Below, piece by piece: positions 12,975 to 27,329 of a stretch of 64,000 nucleotides of DNA. This stretch comes from an uncultured delta proteobacterium. GTDB taxonomy: Bacteria > Myxococcota > Kuafuiibacteriia > Kuafuiibacteriales > Kuafuiibacteriaceae. Under the pieces are notes generated by a model. It made no database searches, was not told where the DNA came from, and saw nothing but the letters and a program-made list of their open reading frames with translations. The first letter of the stretch is position 1, and each line of letters starts with the position of its first letter. A program made the position numbers and the translations under genes. Where the stretch lies: NCBI GenBank assembly GCA_963803435.1, contig CAWDML010000001.1, forward strand, positions 448,001-512,000, given 5' to 3'.

Positions 12975-14081
12975 CTACGAAGGCGCGGCCTCGAGGCTCG
13001 TGATCGACCGATCGCGACCTTGCGCCTTGGCCCGGTAGAGCGCCGCGTCGGTGCGGGCGATCCAGTCGGCCGATTCCTCACCGGCGATCAGTTGGGAAAC
13101 TCCCGCAGACGCAGTCACTTGGATCTTCTGTGTGCCGAAGTCGATCTCGAGCCGGCGCAGCTCGGCGAGGAACCGCTCGGCGAGCCGGGCGGCGTCGGCG
13201 AGCCCGGATTCGCGCAACAGGATCGCGAACTCCTCACCGCCGAAGCGGGCGACGCAATCCATCTTGCGGGGAAAGGTCTGCACCATCCGCTTGGCGATCG
13301 CGCAGAGGACCGCGTCCCCGCCCGGGTGGCCGTGCGTGTCGTTGATCGTCTTGAAGTGATCCAGGTCGACGATGATCATCGAATTCTGCTGTCCCAGCAG
13401 CATCGACATCACGACCGCGTGCTCGACCTGAAGGTCGAACGCACGGCGATTCAACAGCCGGGTCAACGGATCCGTCTCGCTCTCCTGGCGGACGTCGTCG
13501 AGCTGAACGCGAAGGGAATCGATCCGGTGGGAGAGCGCCTCGATCTCCGCCGATCTCTTCTCGTTCCGCTCCTGGATCGCCCGCTCCAGAAACGCGACCG
13601 CGGAGAGCGCCTCCTTCTTGATCTCGTCGATGGAGCTCTTGTCCACCGCGCTCCGGAGCCGGTGCATCTGTCCGCGGGTGGCCTCCTCGAAGCGCGTCTC
13701 CTCGGGGAGGTTGCGCGCCATTCGATCGAAGAAGCTCCAGATCAGAGAGCGGAGCTCGGCGAGCGCCCGTGAGGCATGCTCGGACTCTCTCTTTCGGTGG
13801 CTGCGGAAGAACTGCCGCGCGCCGGCCCAGTCGCGCTCGCGCGCCGGCCCCTCGTGCTCGTGCAGCGGGTGGGGTGTACCGAGGAGAAGGTGCCTCGACC
13901 AGGCGTCGAACACGCGCGCGACCTGCTCGGGCGGCACGTCCGGCACCTCGAGTGCGTGCTCGCCGAACGCGTGGAACACCACTCCGATGGTCTCGAGCGC
14001 GCCTTCGTTGATCTCGGCCGCCGGGTCGGACGCTCGTGGCGCGGGAGTGGGAGTCGGGAGAGGTGCACGGCGCCAGAACAT
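12975..14081 (-). CDS. Diguanylate cyclase with coiled-coil N-terminus
   Basis: TDPLTRLLNRRAF, DLDHFKTINDTHGH, I-site RKMD, RFGGEEF, ALYRAKAQGRD. Confidence 0.94.
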   Translation of the reverse strand: MFWRRAPLPTPTPAPRASDPAAEINEGALETIGVVFHAFGEHALEVPDVPPEQVARVFDAWSRHLLLGTPHPLHEHEGPARERDWAGARQFFRSHRKRESEHASRALAELRSLIWSFFDRMARNLPEETRFEEATRGQMHRLRSAVDKSSIDEIKKEALSAVAFLERAIQERNEKRSAEIEALSHRIDSLRVQLDDVRQESETDPLTRLLNRRAFDLQVEHAVVMSMLLGQQNSMIIVDLDHFKTINDTHGHPGGDAVLCAIAKRMVQTFPRKMDCVARFGGEEFAILLRESGLADAARLAERFLAELRRLEIDFGTQKIQVTASAGVSQLIAGEESADWIARTDAALYRAKAQGRDRSITSLEAAPS

Positions 14082-14090
14082 CCGATCGAC

Positions 14091-14117
14091 GATTCGACCG
14101 GCGCCCGGCAGCCTTTA
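14091..14117 (-). promoter_or_regulatory. Putative sigma28 (FliA/WhiG-type) promoter of the DGC
   Basis: Minus strand reads TAAA-N15-GTCGAATC, against the consensus TAAA-N15-GCCGATAA, 9 nt before the ATG. Confidence 0.45.
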
Positions 14118-14119
14118 GG

Positions 14120-14377
14120 TTACTTTGAGCCTTGGCCGGGATGGACCCCTCGGAGCCGCTCGTTGGTGAACTCCTCGCCGCTCATGGTGCCCACCGGAGG
14201 GGCCTCGCCCTCGCAGTACGTCTTCGTGAGGTGCGAGCCGGTCACACGCGCACGCCAGCAGCGGCGCTCCGTCTTGGGCTTGTCTTTGGAGGCGCCCGCC
14301 GCGGTCTCGGCGGTGGTGGCACAGCCGAGCAGGAGCGCCAGCGCGGACGCGGAGAACAGGCGTAGGAAGAGCCGCAT
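14120..14377 (-). CDS. Small lipoprotein
   Basis: MRLFLRLFSASALALLLGC lipobox, followed by C...VTGSHL.KTYC. Confidence 0.7.
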   Translation of the reverse strand: MRLFLRLFSASALALLLGCATTAETAAGASKDKPKTERRCWRARVTGSHLTKTYCEGEAPPVGTMSGEEFTNERLRGVHPGQGSK

Positions 14378-14442
14378 CCCTTCGACTCTAGCCGGCAGCC
14401 TTCGATCTGACCATTCGGGATCGCGACCGATGTCTCGGGGTT

Positions 14443-17400
14443 TCATCGATCGGCGACTTCACGATAGAGCGCGCGGAGTCGGTCGTACGTGTCGTTGGTC
14501 TTGAACAGGTCGAGGTCGTTGGGATCGAAGAGGTCGTCGAAGACCGAGCGCGAGGCGAGGACCGCACGCTGGATCCGGAGGCGCACGCCTTTCGCCCCCT
14601 CGTCCGGCCCCAGTGCGGCGAGGGACGCCTCGATGCTCGCCAGGCGGACCCGCCGCGTCTGTTCGGCCAGGTCGAGCAGCTCCCGGATCAACCCTTTACA
14701 CCGATCGAGATCGATCGTCTCACCCTGGCGCTCCTTCCACAGGAACATGCGCAGGCCCTGGATCCGAGGGTAGGCCATCCGCGCAGAGGTACCCCGGCTC
14801 CTCGGGTCGTGTGGGACGACCGGATCGATTCCAGTCCGACGACCCTCGGCGCGCGGTCTCCTCCTGGATCTTCAGCTCCTCGCGAACGCACTCGGTCTCG
14901 GCCTCGACCAGGTTCTCCGGCGCGTTCTCGATCTCGAGCGCGCGGCGGGCCGCCTCGACCGGCTTCATCCCTTCCGCCACCAGCGCATCACGTCGCAGGC
15001 GCCAGCGCTCGAAGTGGCGGAGCTCGTGGGCGAGCGCTTCGGTGGCACCGTCGCGGGTCAGATCGATCGCGATGTACGGCGTGCCGTCTTCGGTGACGAA
15101 GAACGGCGGCGCGTGATGCTCGAGCCATTCGCGACGCTCTCGGTCCTGGGCACCGAGCGCGTAGATCTCGCCGCCCTCGCGCGCGAGTCGTGCGACGGCG
15201 GACGCGATCATCGGATGGTCGCCCGACACGACGCGCCCGAGCAGGAACTCCTCGAGCAACCGCTTGGTGCCGTCGTCGCGCAGGCCGGCTTCGCGCTTGC
15301 GCACCGACCGCGGCGCCATCTCCTCGATCGTGAGGCGATCGAAGAGCGCCTCGGGGCTGGGATTTTCGAGGCGCGGCGAGGGCTGGGCCGGAGGCAGATA
15401 GCGCGACAGACCCGCCGTCACCGCCTGGCGCGGCTGCTCCGGCCAGTCCTGGATCGTCTCGAGGAGCTTCAGCCGCAGCTCCAGGAGCGCGTCATGGAGC
15501 AGCTCTGAACCGAGGATGCCGACCTGATAGTCGCGCACGCGATCGAGCACCGGGTGAAGGATCGATCCGAAAAGGCGGACCGGCGCCGGCGGAAGATCGT
15601 CGATCAACGCACGCGCCATCTCCTCCGCGGCGGAGGTGCGGAACTGGTACGGATCCACGTTCTTGGTCAGCGCGTCGAGCGAGGCGAAGAAGAACTCGAG
15701 CTCGCTCTTCGCGTGCGGATCGAGCTCGGCCGGGATCTCCTCGAGGCGCTCGGTCTTCGCCAGCGGTGCCAGCCGGCGGAGCTCGGCGACGAAGGCCTTC
15801 GCCGTGGTCTGCTGCGCCATCGCCTGCATCCGATCGAACTCGTGGGACGCGCGCTTCCAGTACTCCACCGTCGGATCCAGGTCCGCGAATGCGACCAGCC
15901 CGGCCAGGTTCTCCTGATGGGAGGCCTCCCGCTCCAGGAACTCGCAGAAGATCCGGTTCAGGTTCTCCAGCAACAGATCGCGGACCCGCTGGTTGAGCGT
16001 GAGCGCCGGCTGATCCTCCACGACGCCGGCCGCCGCCCGCGGCAGGAGCGGCGCGACGGCCTGATCCACCAGGCCGGCGACGTCGCTGAAGCGAAAGCAG
16101 TCGTCGTCGTACACCTGCGGGGTGGGCAGATCGAGCGAGCGGAACACCGTCTTCAGCTCGTGGCCTTCGACGGGGCGCCTCGCCTCCTTCGCCATGCGGC
16201 GCTCGATCTCACGGTGGTTCATACCGTTCGCGTCGTACCGAATCTTCCAGCGGGCGATCGCGCGGCACAGCCCCAGACCTTCGGGGCTCTTCGCCAGGTT
16301 CTTGCGGCTCGAGGGGTCGATCCCGGCGTGCTCGAACAGGGTCTCGAGCGGCAGCGTGTCGGTACCTTCGTGGCTGATCGGCGGGAGCCCGGCCTCCTGG
16401 AGCACCCGCGCCACCTCCTTGGCGGGCAGCACCCAGCACTCGTTGAGCTTGTGCTTCGCCAGCGCCTCGAGCTGGCCCACTGTCAGGCAGGCCGCCTCGT
16501 CCTCCATGCGATGACGGAGCAACGCCCGCCCACACTCGGCCTCCAACCACGACACCATCACCTCGGGAAGATCGTCGCGCTCGAGGATCTCCAGACGATC
16601 CTCTTCGAGCGAGGCGCGCTTGGTGGCGACCACCCGATCGAGCTTCGCCCGCCGGATGCGCCCGCTCTCCGCCTCTGCGCCGATCCGATCCTGCGCCCTG
16701 CGGATCGCGTGCATCACCCGGAACCGCTGCTTGTCGGTGGGGCGGAGCCGATCGAAGTCGGTGAGCTGGTCGCGCAACGAACGGAGCAGCTTGGCCGGGA
16801 GCCCCGACAGCGTGTCGTCGTTGAGGCTCGAGAAGAACTGCACGGTGCCCGGCTGTCCCTGCCGCCCCGCGCGCCCGGCCACTTGAAGGTCGTCGCGGCG
16901 CGAGCTCCGGTGTCCGTAGCACACGACCAGCAGCCCGCGGTCGCGCACGTCGGGCTGCGGTTGGACGTCGGTGGCCCGCCCCATGAGAGTGGTGACGGTG
17001 AGCGCCTTCCGCTTGCCCGCCCGCGCCACGTAGACCGCCAGATGCTCACCGTTCTCCGCGTTCACCAGCGCCGGGTTCGCCGGCGGCCCCAGCAGAGGGC
17101 GCGCCGGGAAGTCGTGCTCTTCGAGGAACTCGACGAATCGCTCGCGCCCGTTCGGGTCGGCGCGCAAGAGCGCCGCGATCTCCTCGCGGGCCCGATCCCG
17201 CTCCAGCTCGAGATCGGCCGACACGAACTTCTCCGCGAGCTGGGGTCCGCCCTCGAGCCGCTCGGCCGCCGCCAGGAGGAGACCGATCGACGAGGAGGCG
17301 ACGTCGGCCAGCGCCAGCAGCGGATCGCGGAGGCGCTCGCTCAACATCTTCGACTGGGCGACCGTCACCGCCGGAAAGAGGACGGTACGATCATCCCGGT

Positions 17401-18844
17401 GGTGCGCCTCGAGGACCTTCGCCACCGAGGCGCCGCGATCGAGATACTCGTTCACGAAGATCTCGTCGGGGAGGATCTCGAGCCGGCTGGGGAGTCGGGT
17501 GGGAATCTCGATCGAGGGGAGCCCGTAGACCTTGAGGAGCTCCGAGTGCGTGCCCTCGAGCGTGCCGGTGACACCGGAGAGGTGGGGGTACGAGGCGAAG
17601 AAGTCCTGATACGAGGACTGGCCCACCACCACGGTCTGCGCCTCGAGCGGGCGGCCCTGCGTGAGCGCGACGGCGTCGCTGGCGCCGTGGAAAAAGCGGG
17701 AGAGCGGCTGCGCGCGGCCGTTGTGCTGATTCACGAGCACGCCGTCGCCGACGAAGTGTTTGCCGCCCATCAGCGCGTGGCGCGCCAGCAGGACCTGCTG
17801 GAGCGCGTGAACGAAGCCGAGCTGCGTCGGGTGAGCGAGACCTTTCTCCGGCAGGGCGTGCCCGGCCTTCTTCAGCGCCGCCTCGATCGCGTCGAACCCC
17901 TCGTCCGTCAGGTTGACCAGGCGGCGCTCGTTCTCGTGGCGCACCTCGAAGTGACGTCCCGGCTCGAGGTTCTGGACCACGCGATCGGCGAGGCTCAGCT
18001 GGGCCTCCCAGATCGGATCGGGTGCGTCGCCGATCGTGGTGAGGATGACCGGCTGACGCGCGATGTCGAGCAGCACGTTGTCGGCCTCGTCCACGATCGC
18101 GTAGGCCGGCGGACGCTGCACGCGCATCCGCGCTTCGGTCCAGTTGCCGTCCTGGAGCCGATCAAAGATGAAGTTGTCGCAGAACCCGTAGGTGACGTCG
18201 GCGGCGTAGGCGGCGCGCTTCTCCTTCTGGATGGTGGCGGAGTCGTACTGGGGCGTGTCGCGCAGAACGTCGACGTCGAGACCGAGCGCCCGGTAGAGCT
18301 TCTGATAGCGCATGGCGTCGCGCTCGGCCGACTCGGTGCTCTCGGCGATCACGTGCACGCCTTTGCCCTCGAGGGCGGCCAGGGACGAGGCCATCGCGAT
18401 CGCCAGCGACTTGCCCTCGCCGGTCTTCATCTCGACCACGCGGTCGTCGAGGATGCCCATCGCCGTGAGCAGCTGAACCTCGTAGGGCTCCTCGGACATC
18501 GTGCGGGCGCTGACCTCGCGTATGAGCGCGAAGGCCTCGGGGATCAGGTCGCGGATCGGCGTCCCCCGCTGCACGCGCTCGCGGATCCGGGACCAGCCGG
18601 CCGCCAGCGCGTCGTCGCTCATCGCTTTCATCGCCGGCTGAAGCTGCCGGATCGAGAACAGCCAGCCGAAGTGATGCGGAGGCACAAAGCTGCGCAGGGA
18701 CGTCCGGGCTCCCGTCGTCAGCGACAGCATCTCCAGCATCCCGAAGCGTCGGTCCGCGGGGGCCGGGTCGGACTTCTCGACGGCGACGACCGGCGCGTCG
18801 CGAACGGGCCGCGGCCCCGATCCGAGCACGCCCCAGAGCTTCAT
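14443..18844 (-). CDS. SecA-like ATPase paralog with an extra ~430-aa C-terminal region containing HExxH; apparent frameshift at ~14780
   Basis: SecA motifs EMKTGEGKS, AIVDEADNVLLD, LSGVTGT, MGRATD, QVAGRAGRQGQPG, FFSSLND and DPTVEY; no SEC-C motif. ORF 14443..14778 is the out-of-frame tail, judged by homology to the C-terminus of the 19182..22538 product. Confidence 0.85.
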
Positions 18845-19101
18845 TTCGAGGGATCCGTCTGGACGTAAGCGTCGTGCCCCTGCCACTGGTCGAGGACCGG
18901 GGCCACGGAGGGCGCCACGAACGACGCCGCATAGAGCAGCCCCAGCGCGGCCGCGCCGACCTGGAGCACGCGCCGGCGGATCCTGTCCTCCCGAGTCGCG
19001 GTCTGTTGCCGGTGGAGGATGTCGGCGGTGTCGAACGGCCTCGGCCCCGTCGCGACCGCGAGCGGGTCTCTCTGTCCCATGTCAGTGCGCACGCGACTCA
19101 C
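18841..19101 (-). CDS. Small single-TM protein, or frameshifted N-terminus of the SecA-like gene
   Basis: GC3-rich codons and a hydrophobic helix VLQVGAAALGLLYAASFVA. Its TGA overlaps the SecA-like ATG (ATGA at 18841-18844). Confidence 0.55.
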   Translation of the reverse strand: MSRVRTDMGQRDPLAVATGPRPFDTADILHRQQTATREDRIRRRVLQVGAAALGLLYAASFVAPSVAPVLDQWQGHDAYVQTDPSK

Positions 19102-19174
19102 TTATCGGTGGTCCGCGCGATGTGTATCGCGAAGCTGCAGATCGTCCGAACCAGACGTTGGGTCTGGTCGATAA
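19102..19174. promoter_or_regulatory. Back-to-back sigma28-like -10 boxes of the divergent gene pair
   Basis: ACCGATAA on the minus strand (19102-19109) and GTCGATAA on the plus strand (19167-19174), each just before a candidate start codon. Confidence 0.45.
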
Positions 19175-19181
19175 CAGACGC

Positions 19182-22538
<3,357 letters not shown>

Positions 22539-22699
22539 CCCCTCCCCACCGCGACCCTGTTTGCGACCTGGTACCGGGCGATCCCGCGCCCATCGCGCGC
22601 GTTCGTAACCCAGGTACCAGCGTTTGATATGTGGGTGTACCTCAGAGACGACACACATTCGGTCCACACCGCGACAACCTCTGTGAGGGACGAACAGAG

Positions 22700-25600
22700 A
22701 TGGTCACAGCACGCCTAGGGACCGACTTCGGCCGGAGCTTCGTACGCTCCACCGGACACGAATCGCGCACGGGCGCGTCCGAGCTCCGGCTCGAGACGCC
22801 CGCGCCGCCGCTCCGCGGAGGAGAGATCAGGTCGAAGCGGCCAGGGGGACTGGCCGCCTTCCTGGGGCTGGGCCGAGGGGGCCGAAGCCTGGCCAGCCTG
22901 GGCGCGATCGCCGCCGCCAGCATCGGGTTCACGCTGGCGCAGGCACCCACGCCGGCGCTCGCCGACTACGTACGACCCAACGCCGACAACGTCTACGAGC
23001 TGGTTCGCGCCGACGCCACCGCGCCCGTGCTCCCGGCCGCCGCCGCCGGAGAGAACGCCGACCAGGTGCGCGCGCTCGATACCAGCCACGAGCTCAGCGA
23101 GCAGGAGCTGATGACCTATCCGCTCTTCGCGAAGCTCTGGAACGAGATCACCAACGTCGGTGAGTTCGAGATCGCGCCGAGCCACCTGGCCAAGATCATG
23201 GACTACGCCTCCAGCCACAACCTGCACGGCGACCCGCTCCCGCAGATCCCCGTGATCTCCGGACCCGAGGGCGCGCGCATGATCTCGGAGGGCAACCGCG
23301 CCCTGATCAAGCACCTGCTCCAGCACCCGTACTACGGCGCATTCATCGAGCAGGAGGCCCGCCCCCTGCTCGAGGGTGCGTTCGGGCTGCCGATCGAGAG
23401 CGCAGCCACGCAGGCCGGCGATCATCCGATCGACGTCGGCAACTTCGATCGCTCCCAGGTCCCCGAATGGCACGGCTCGAACTACCAGGGCAACGCGGTC
23501 GCGACGCTCAATCGGGATTTGACGAGCGAGTTCTCGTTGAACCACGGCTGGTACGAGGAAGGCTCGAACGAGCAGAGCGCCGGGCGCTTGACCGCGCTCC
23601 TCCTGCACTTCGGGCGCGCGATCCACATGTACGATCAGCTCGACGTCACGGCGACGTCGATCGACAAGGTCAGCGCAGCGTTTCACCAGCTCCCGATCTT
23701 CCAGGGAAACGGCGAGAAGGCGCAGTTCCTCAGGGACTACTTCGCGCGCGACTTCAACGGCTCCGGCATGGGGCTCGCGGAGTCCATCCTCCGCGGGTTC
23801 GATCCCGATCAGCTCCCCGTGAGCTTCCCGGACGCCACCACCAAGGTGGAGAGCACGACCAGCCTCTCCATGAGCTCGACGTCCTTCACCAAGCCCCTGT
23901 CGGTGATCGACGAGTACCGGGTGGCGATCGGCCTCAACGCCGCCGCGGTGGAGCGTTTCACGCAGCCGGTGCACAACACGGTGATCGGCGGCGTGAAGGG
24001 CAATTACAAGACGACGCTCAACGAGCTGAAGCCGTTCGCCTCCGAGGTGAACTTCGGCGTGGTGCTCGAGTTCGGCGATCGCGACCATGGCTTCTCCCGC
24101 GATCCACAGGCTGCGCAGCTCAAGCCGAAGCCGGGATTCGACTTCCCCATCGACGCGGTCACCGCCACCGGAGTCTCCGTGAACGGACGCGGCGCCACCC
24201 TGCGCGTCTACCAGCAGCGGCCCGACGGCCACGCCGGAGAGCGTCTCTCCGTCGAGAAGGTGATCCACGAGGAGGACGGACAGCCGAAGTACTGGACCGC
24301 GGTCTTCCGCGACTCCGCGGGAAACGAGGTCGCACCCGACAAGGTGATCGGCCTGCTCGAAGTCAACGGCCGGCCGCTCGGCGACGGGCTCGCGAACCAG
24401 ACCCTGGACAGCGGTTTCTGGGGCTACTGCGACCTCAACACCGGGCAGACCATCACGGGTGCGATCCACCAGATCCCGGCGCTCGACGTCGACGGGTCGG
24501 TCTACATCCAGGCGGGCGATCGCGTCCTCGAGGTCCCGAAGGACCTGGCGCAGCAGATCGTCAACATGGGCGTGGCGGACTCGGCGCCGCGGACCAAGTG
24601 GGCCGGACATCGCCACGACCGCGACGCCTCCGAGGTGCGGTGGACGCGCGGGAACCTCATCATCACCGACTTCGGACAGATGCAGGGGTTCGACTCCGAT
24701 CCGCGCGTGTACCCGCGCTCGATGATCGAGTGGCTCCCGGGCGACCACCTCCAGATCAACTTCGACAAGCACTCCGACCACCCACCAGGCGTGCTCCGTC
24801 TCCAGACCGCGAGCGGTCCCGAGACGATCGATGCGTCGAAAGTGGTTCGGTTGATCCAGGCCCAGAACGGAGAGGTCACGGTCGTCTACAACTCGAGCTG
24901 GACCAAGACCGGCAAGCTGTTGACGCCGCTGTCGCTCGATTGGGCGCACGCTCCGCTGGTCGCGGGTTCGAGCGACTCGGAGGGTGGGCTGACCATCACC
25001 GCGCACAGCGAGGCCTACAAGATGCAGGCGAACGATACGCTCGACCGGATCTACCGCCAGCGGGTACAGGCGACCGGCGTCAGCTACGCGGCCTTCAAGG
25101 AGGCGAACGCGGACCTGTATGCGCACGCGCAGTCGCTGGCCCTCGACACGCCGGTGAAGATCCCCGTGCTGATGTCCGATCTGTACCGGGACAACGCGGC
25201 GCCGCTCGGCATCTCCGAAGCCGACTTCAAGGCGGCCAACCCGGAGCTGTACGCGCGCACGCAGGCGGTGGCCTACGATGGCGAGACGTTCAAGGTGCCG
25301 CAGCGCGTGATCCAGAACGATCCGGCGCATCCGTTCGTCGGTGAGCTGGTGCTCAAGACAGTGCGCGGGACCGAGGAGATCATCCCGGCGGATCACCTGC
25401 TGTCGGTCAACGGCGAGTCCGAGCAGGACATTCGATTCACGTACTTCATGAAGTTCGTGATCGACTCGCGGGGCGTCTACGCCACCGACGCCTCCACCGG
25501 CGCCTCGGTCTCGAACGGCGCGCGCTACGTCAACGACATCAACCTGGTGGTGGAACGCGGCGCCGAGCGTCCGGACTGGGCGAAGGACCAGGTGCTGGCC

Positions 25601-26002
25601 GGGATCTACGGACCGCTGGTGCGGCAGGCGGGCGATCACATCGTCTTCGCAGCCGGGACCTACGGCGAGAACCAGAGCAGCGCCTGGAAGGGCTGGTATC
25701 AGGTGAACGACCGCGGCCAGGTGGTGAACGAGGGCTGGATCTCAGGGATGCCGGACACCGCCTGGGGCGGCCTCGGCGACCTCGACTGGCACAAGCAGTC
25801 CAGCTTCGTCTCCGAGCTGCCGTGGGAGATGCGCGTGAAGCTGTTCGTCAACGGGCGCAAGGAGCTCCGCGACAACACGCCCGAGGGCCAAGCGCTGGCG
25901 CAGCGCCTGAATCTGCCTTCGAACTGGCGCGACTACATCACACCGGCTGATCAGATCCCGGCCCCGGTGACCGCGCAGCCGCTGGCCCAGGGCTCGAACT
26001 AG
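22700..26002 (+). CDS. Large hypothetical protein with leader, hydrophobic segment, WGYC motif and LysM-like repeats
   Basis: Long GC3-rich ORF with LASLGAIAAASIGFTLA, FWGYCD, YKMQANDTLDRI..SYAAFKEANADL and GISEADFKAANPEL. Confidence 0.8.
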   Translation: MVTARLGTDFGRSFVRSTGHESRTGASELRLETPAPPLRGGEIRSKRPGGLAAFLGLGRGGRSLASLGAIAAASIGFTLAQAPTPALADYVRPNADNVYELVRADATAPVLPAAAAGENADQVRALDTSHELSEQELMTYPLFAKLWNEITNVGEFEIAPSHLAKIMDYASSHNLHGDPLPQIPVISGPEGARMISEGNRALIKHLLQHPYYGAFIEQEARPLLEGAFGLPIESAATQAGDHPIDVGNFDRSQVPEWHGSNYQGNAVATLNRDLTSEFSLNHGWYEEGSNEQSAGRLTALLLHFGRAIHMYDQLDVTATSIDKVSAAFHQLPIFQGNGEKAQFLRDYFARDFNGSGMGLAESILRGFDPDQLPVSFPDATTKVESTTSLSMSSTSFTKPLSVIDEYRVAIGLNAAAVERFTQPVHNTVIGGVKGNYKTTLNELKPFASEVNFGVVLEFGDRDHGFSRDPQAAQLKPKPGFDFPIDAVTATGVSVNGRGATLRVYQQRPDGHAGERLSVEKVIHEEDGQPKYWTAVFRDSAGNEVAPDKVIGLLEVNGRPLGDGLANQTLDSGFWGYCDLNTGQTITGAIHQIPALDVDGSVYIQAGDRVLEVPKDLAQQIVNMGVADSAPRTKWAGHRHDRDASEVRWTRGNLIITDFGQMQGFDSDPRVYPRSMIEWLPGDHLQINFDKHSDHPPGVLRLQTASGPETIDASKVVRLIQAQNGEVTVVYNSSWTKTGKLLTPLSLDWAHAPLVAGSSDSEGGLTITAHSEAYKMQANDTLDRIYRQRVQATGVSYAAFKEANADLYAHAQSLALDTPVKIPVLMSDLYRDNAAPLGISEADFKAANPELYARTQAVAYDGETFKVPQRVIQNDPAHPFVGELVLKTVRGTEEIIPADHLLSVNGESEQDIRFTYFMKFVIDSRGVYATDASTGASVSNGARYVNDINLVVERGAERPDWAKDQVLAGIYGPLVRQAGDHIVFAAGTYGENQSSAWKGWYQVNDRGQVVNEGWISGMPDTAWGGLGDLDWHKQSSFVSELPWEMRVKLFVNGRKELRDNTPEGQALAQRLNLPSNWRDYITPADQIPAPVTAQPLAQGSN

Positions 26003-26068
26003 GAGCGTGTAGCGCGTAAGCGCTCACGCGACCCCGGTCCGGGTCCCGGTCCCGGTCCGGGTCCCGAT
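25999..26068 (+). repeat. Left ~70-bp inverted repeat with CC(C/G)GGT hexamer tandem
   Basis: CTAGGAGCGTGTAGCGCGTAAGCGCTCACGCGACCCCGGTCCGGGTCCCGGTCCCGGTCCGGGTCCCGAT. Confidence 0.92.
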
Positions 26069-26088
26069 CTGAAGATGGCTGCCTTGAG

Positions 26089-27230
26089 TCAGACGCTCGC
26101 GACGGTCGCGAGCTTCGATCGGTAGAGCTTGAGCAGGTTGTGGGTGAGGCAGACGAGCGTCCCCTCGGCTCGTACCTTGAAGAAGGAGCGTAGCGAGAAC
26201 CGGCGGAATCCTCGTGCGCCTTTGATCTGTCCGAGCCCGGTTCGACGATACTCTTCCTGCGGGCGTAGACCGCCTTGCCGTCGCGCGTTTGCAACTTGTC
26301 TCGCATTCGCTCGCGAGCGAGCGAGGCAGGTGTGGGCTCCGAAGCTGATGAGGACGGAGTCGACGCGTCTTGGTTCTGTTCGCGTCCAACAGCGATGTGG
26401 GCATCGATCTGATTGTTGTCGCAGAATTCGACGTTGGTCGCGCTCAGATAGCCGTTGTCTGCCGTCATCTTCCGCGGAGCATCGTCGCAGTTGCCGAACA
26501 CATCACGGAGCATCGGGACGAGGTGTTGCTGATCAGGTGCCTGGTTGCTGACCCCTTCGGCGACAATCACCTGAGCGTGCTCATCTACGACAACTTGGGC
26601 ATTGTAGGCCTGGAGGTACGCTCCCTCCTTCTCCCTCCTTCAACATGATCCTGCTGTCTGAGTCGGTGAAGTTCCTCTGAGCGTTGGGCCTCGGTGTGCC
26701 GTCCACATTTGCAGGAACGCGATGATGCGGCCATCCATCATTTCGTTCAGTTGGGTCTGGGGATGGGGATGGTTCGAGCTGGTCAGCCTGCGCTCTTGCC
26801 TTCTCGGCTCGAGTTCTCGCTCGCTTCTGCTCCACCCGATCCACAAGAGCATCATCCGCTTTGCTCTGCTGCTCTTCGGCTTGCCTGCGCAATTTCTCCG
26901 CGCGAGCCCTGGCGGCATCCTGTTCCAGCGCAGCCTTCGCTTCTCGAATGCGGGCAAGGCGGGATTCACGGCACGGCGAGCGAGCTCCGCTGGGATGTCC
27001 TCTTCAGTCTCTTCAACGCCCAGCCGCTCGTCTTCCTCTTGGTCGATCGTGCGCGCTCGCTCCAGCAGTTCTTCGATCTCGAGAGACAGCCGCTTCTCCT
27101 CCTCGGCCATCCGCTCGTAGGTCATCGCCTTGTGCTTGCTCGCGTTCGCCTGCACCTTGGAGCCATCGAGTGCGACGTGTCCGAGCCGCACCAAACCTGC
27201 TTTCTGGCAAAGCTTCAGGACTTCAAGTCC
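26089..27230 (-). pseudogene. IS1182-family transposase remnant (5'-truncated, at least 3 frameshifts)
   Basis: LGHVALDGSKVQANASKHKAM, QRNFTDSDSRIM, QAYNAQ, ADNGY, YARRKSIVEP, GFRRFSLR and HNLLKL are spread across changing frames. Confidence 0.9.
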
Positions 27231-27329
27231 AGGCGTCGAAGTCGATCCGCCCAACGATCGATTCCAGACGAAACGACCTCCAAGAACTTCTGCTGGTCAA
27301 AGTGGACGCGCTACCGCAAGCTAGCTTGC

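Noticed and set aside
14443-14778. Independent 111-aa gene
   Set aside because: It aligns with the last part of the ATP-grasp tail, so it is more simply the frameshifted end of the SecA-like gene.
22568-22620. CTGGTACC...GGTACCAG inverted repeat as a terminator or structured RNA
   Set aside because: Short stem, long loop and only a weak T-run; not enough support.
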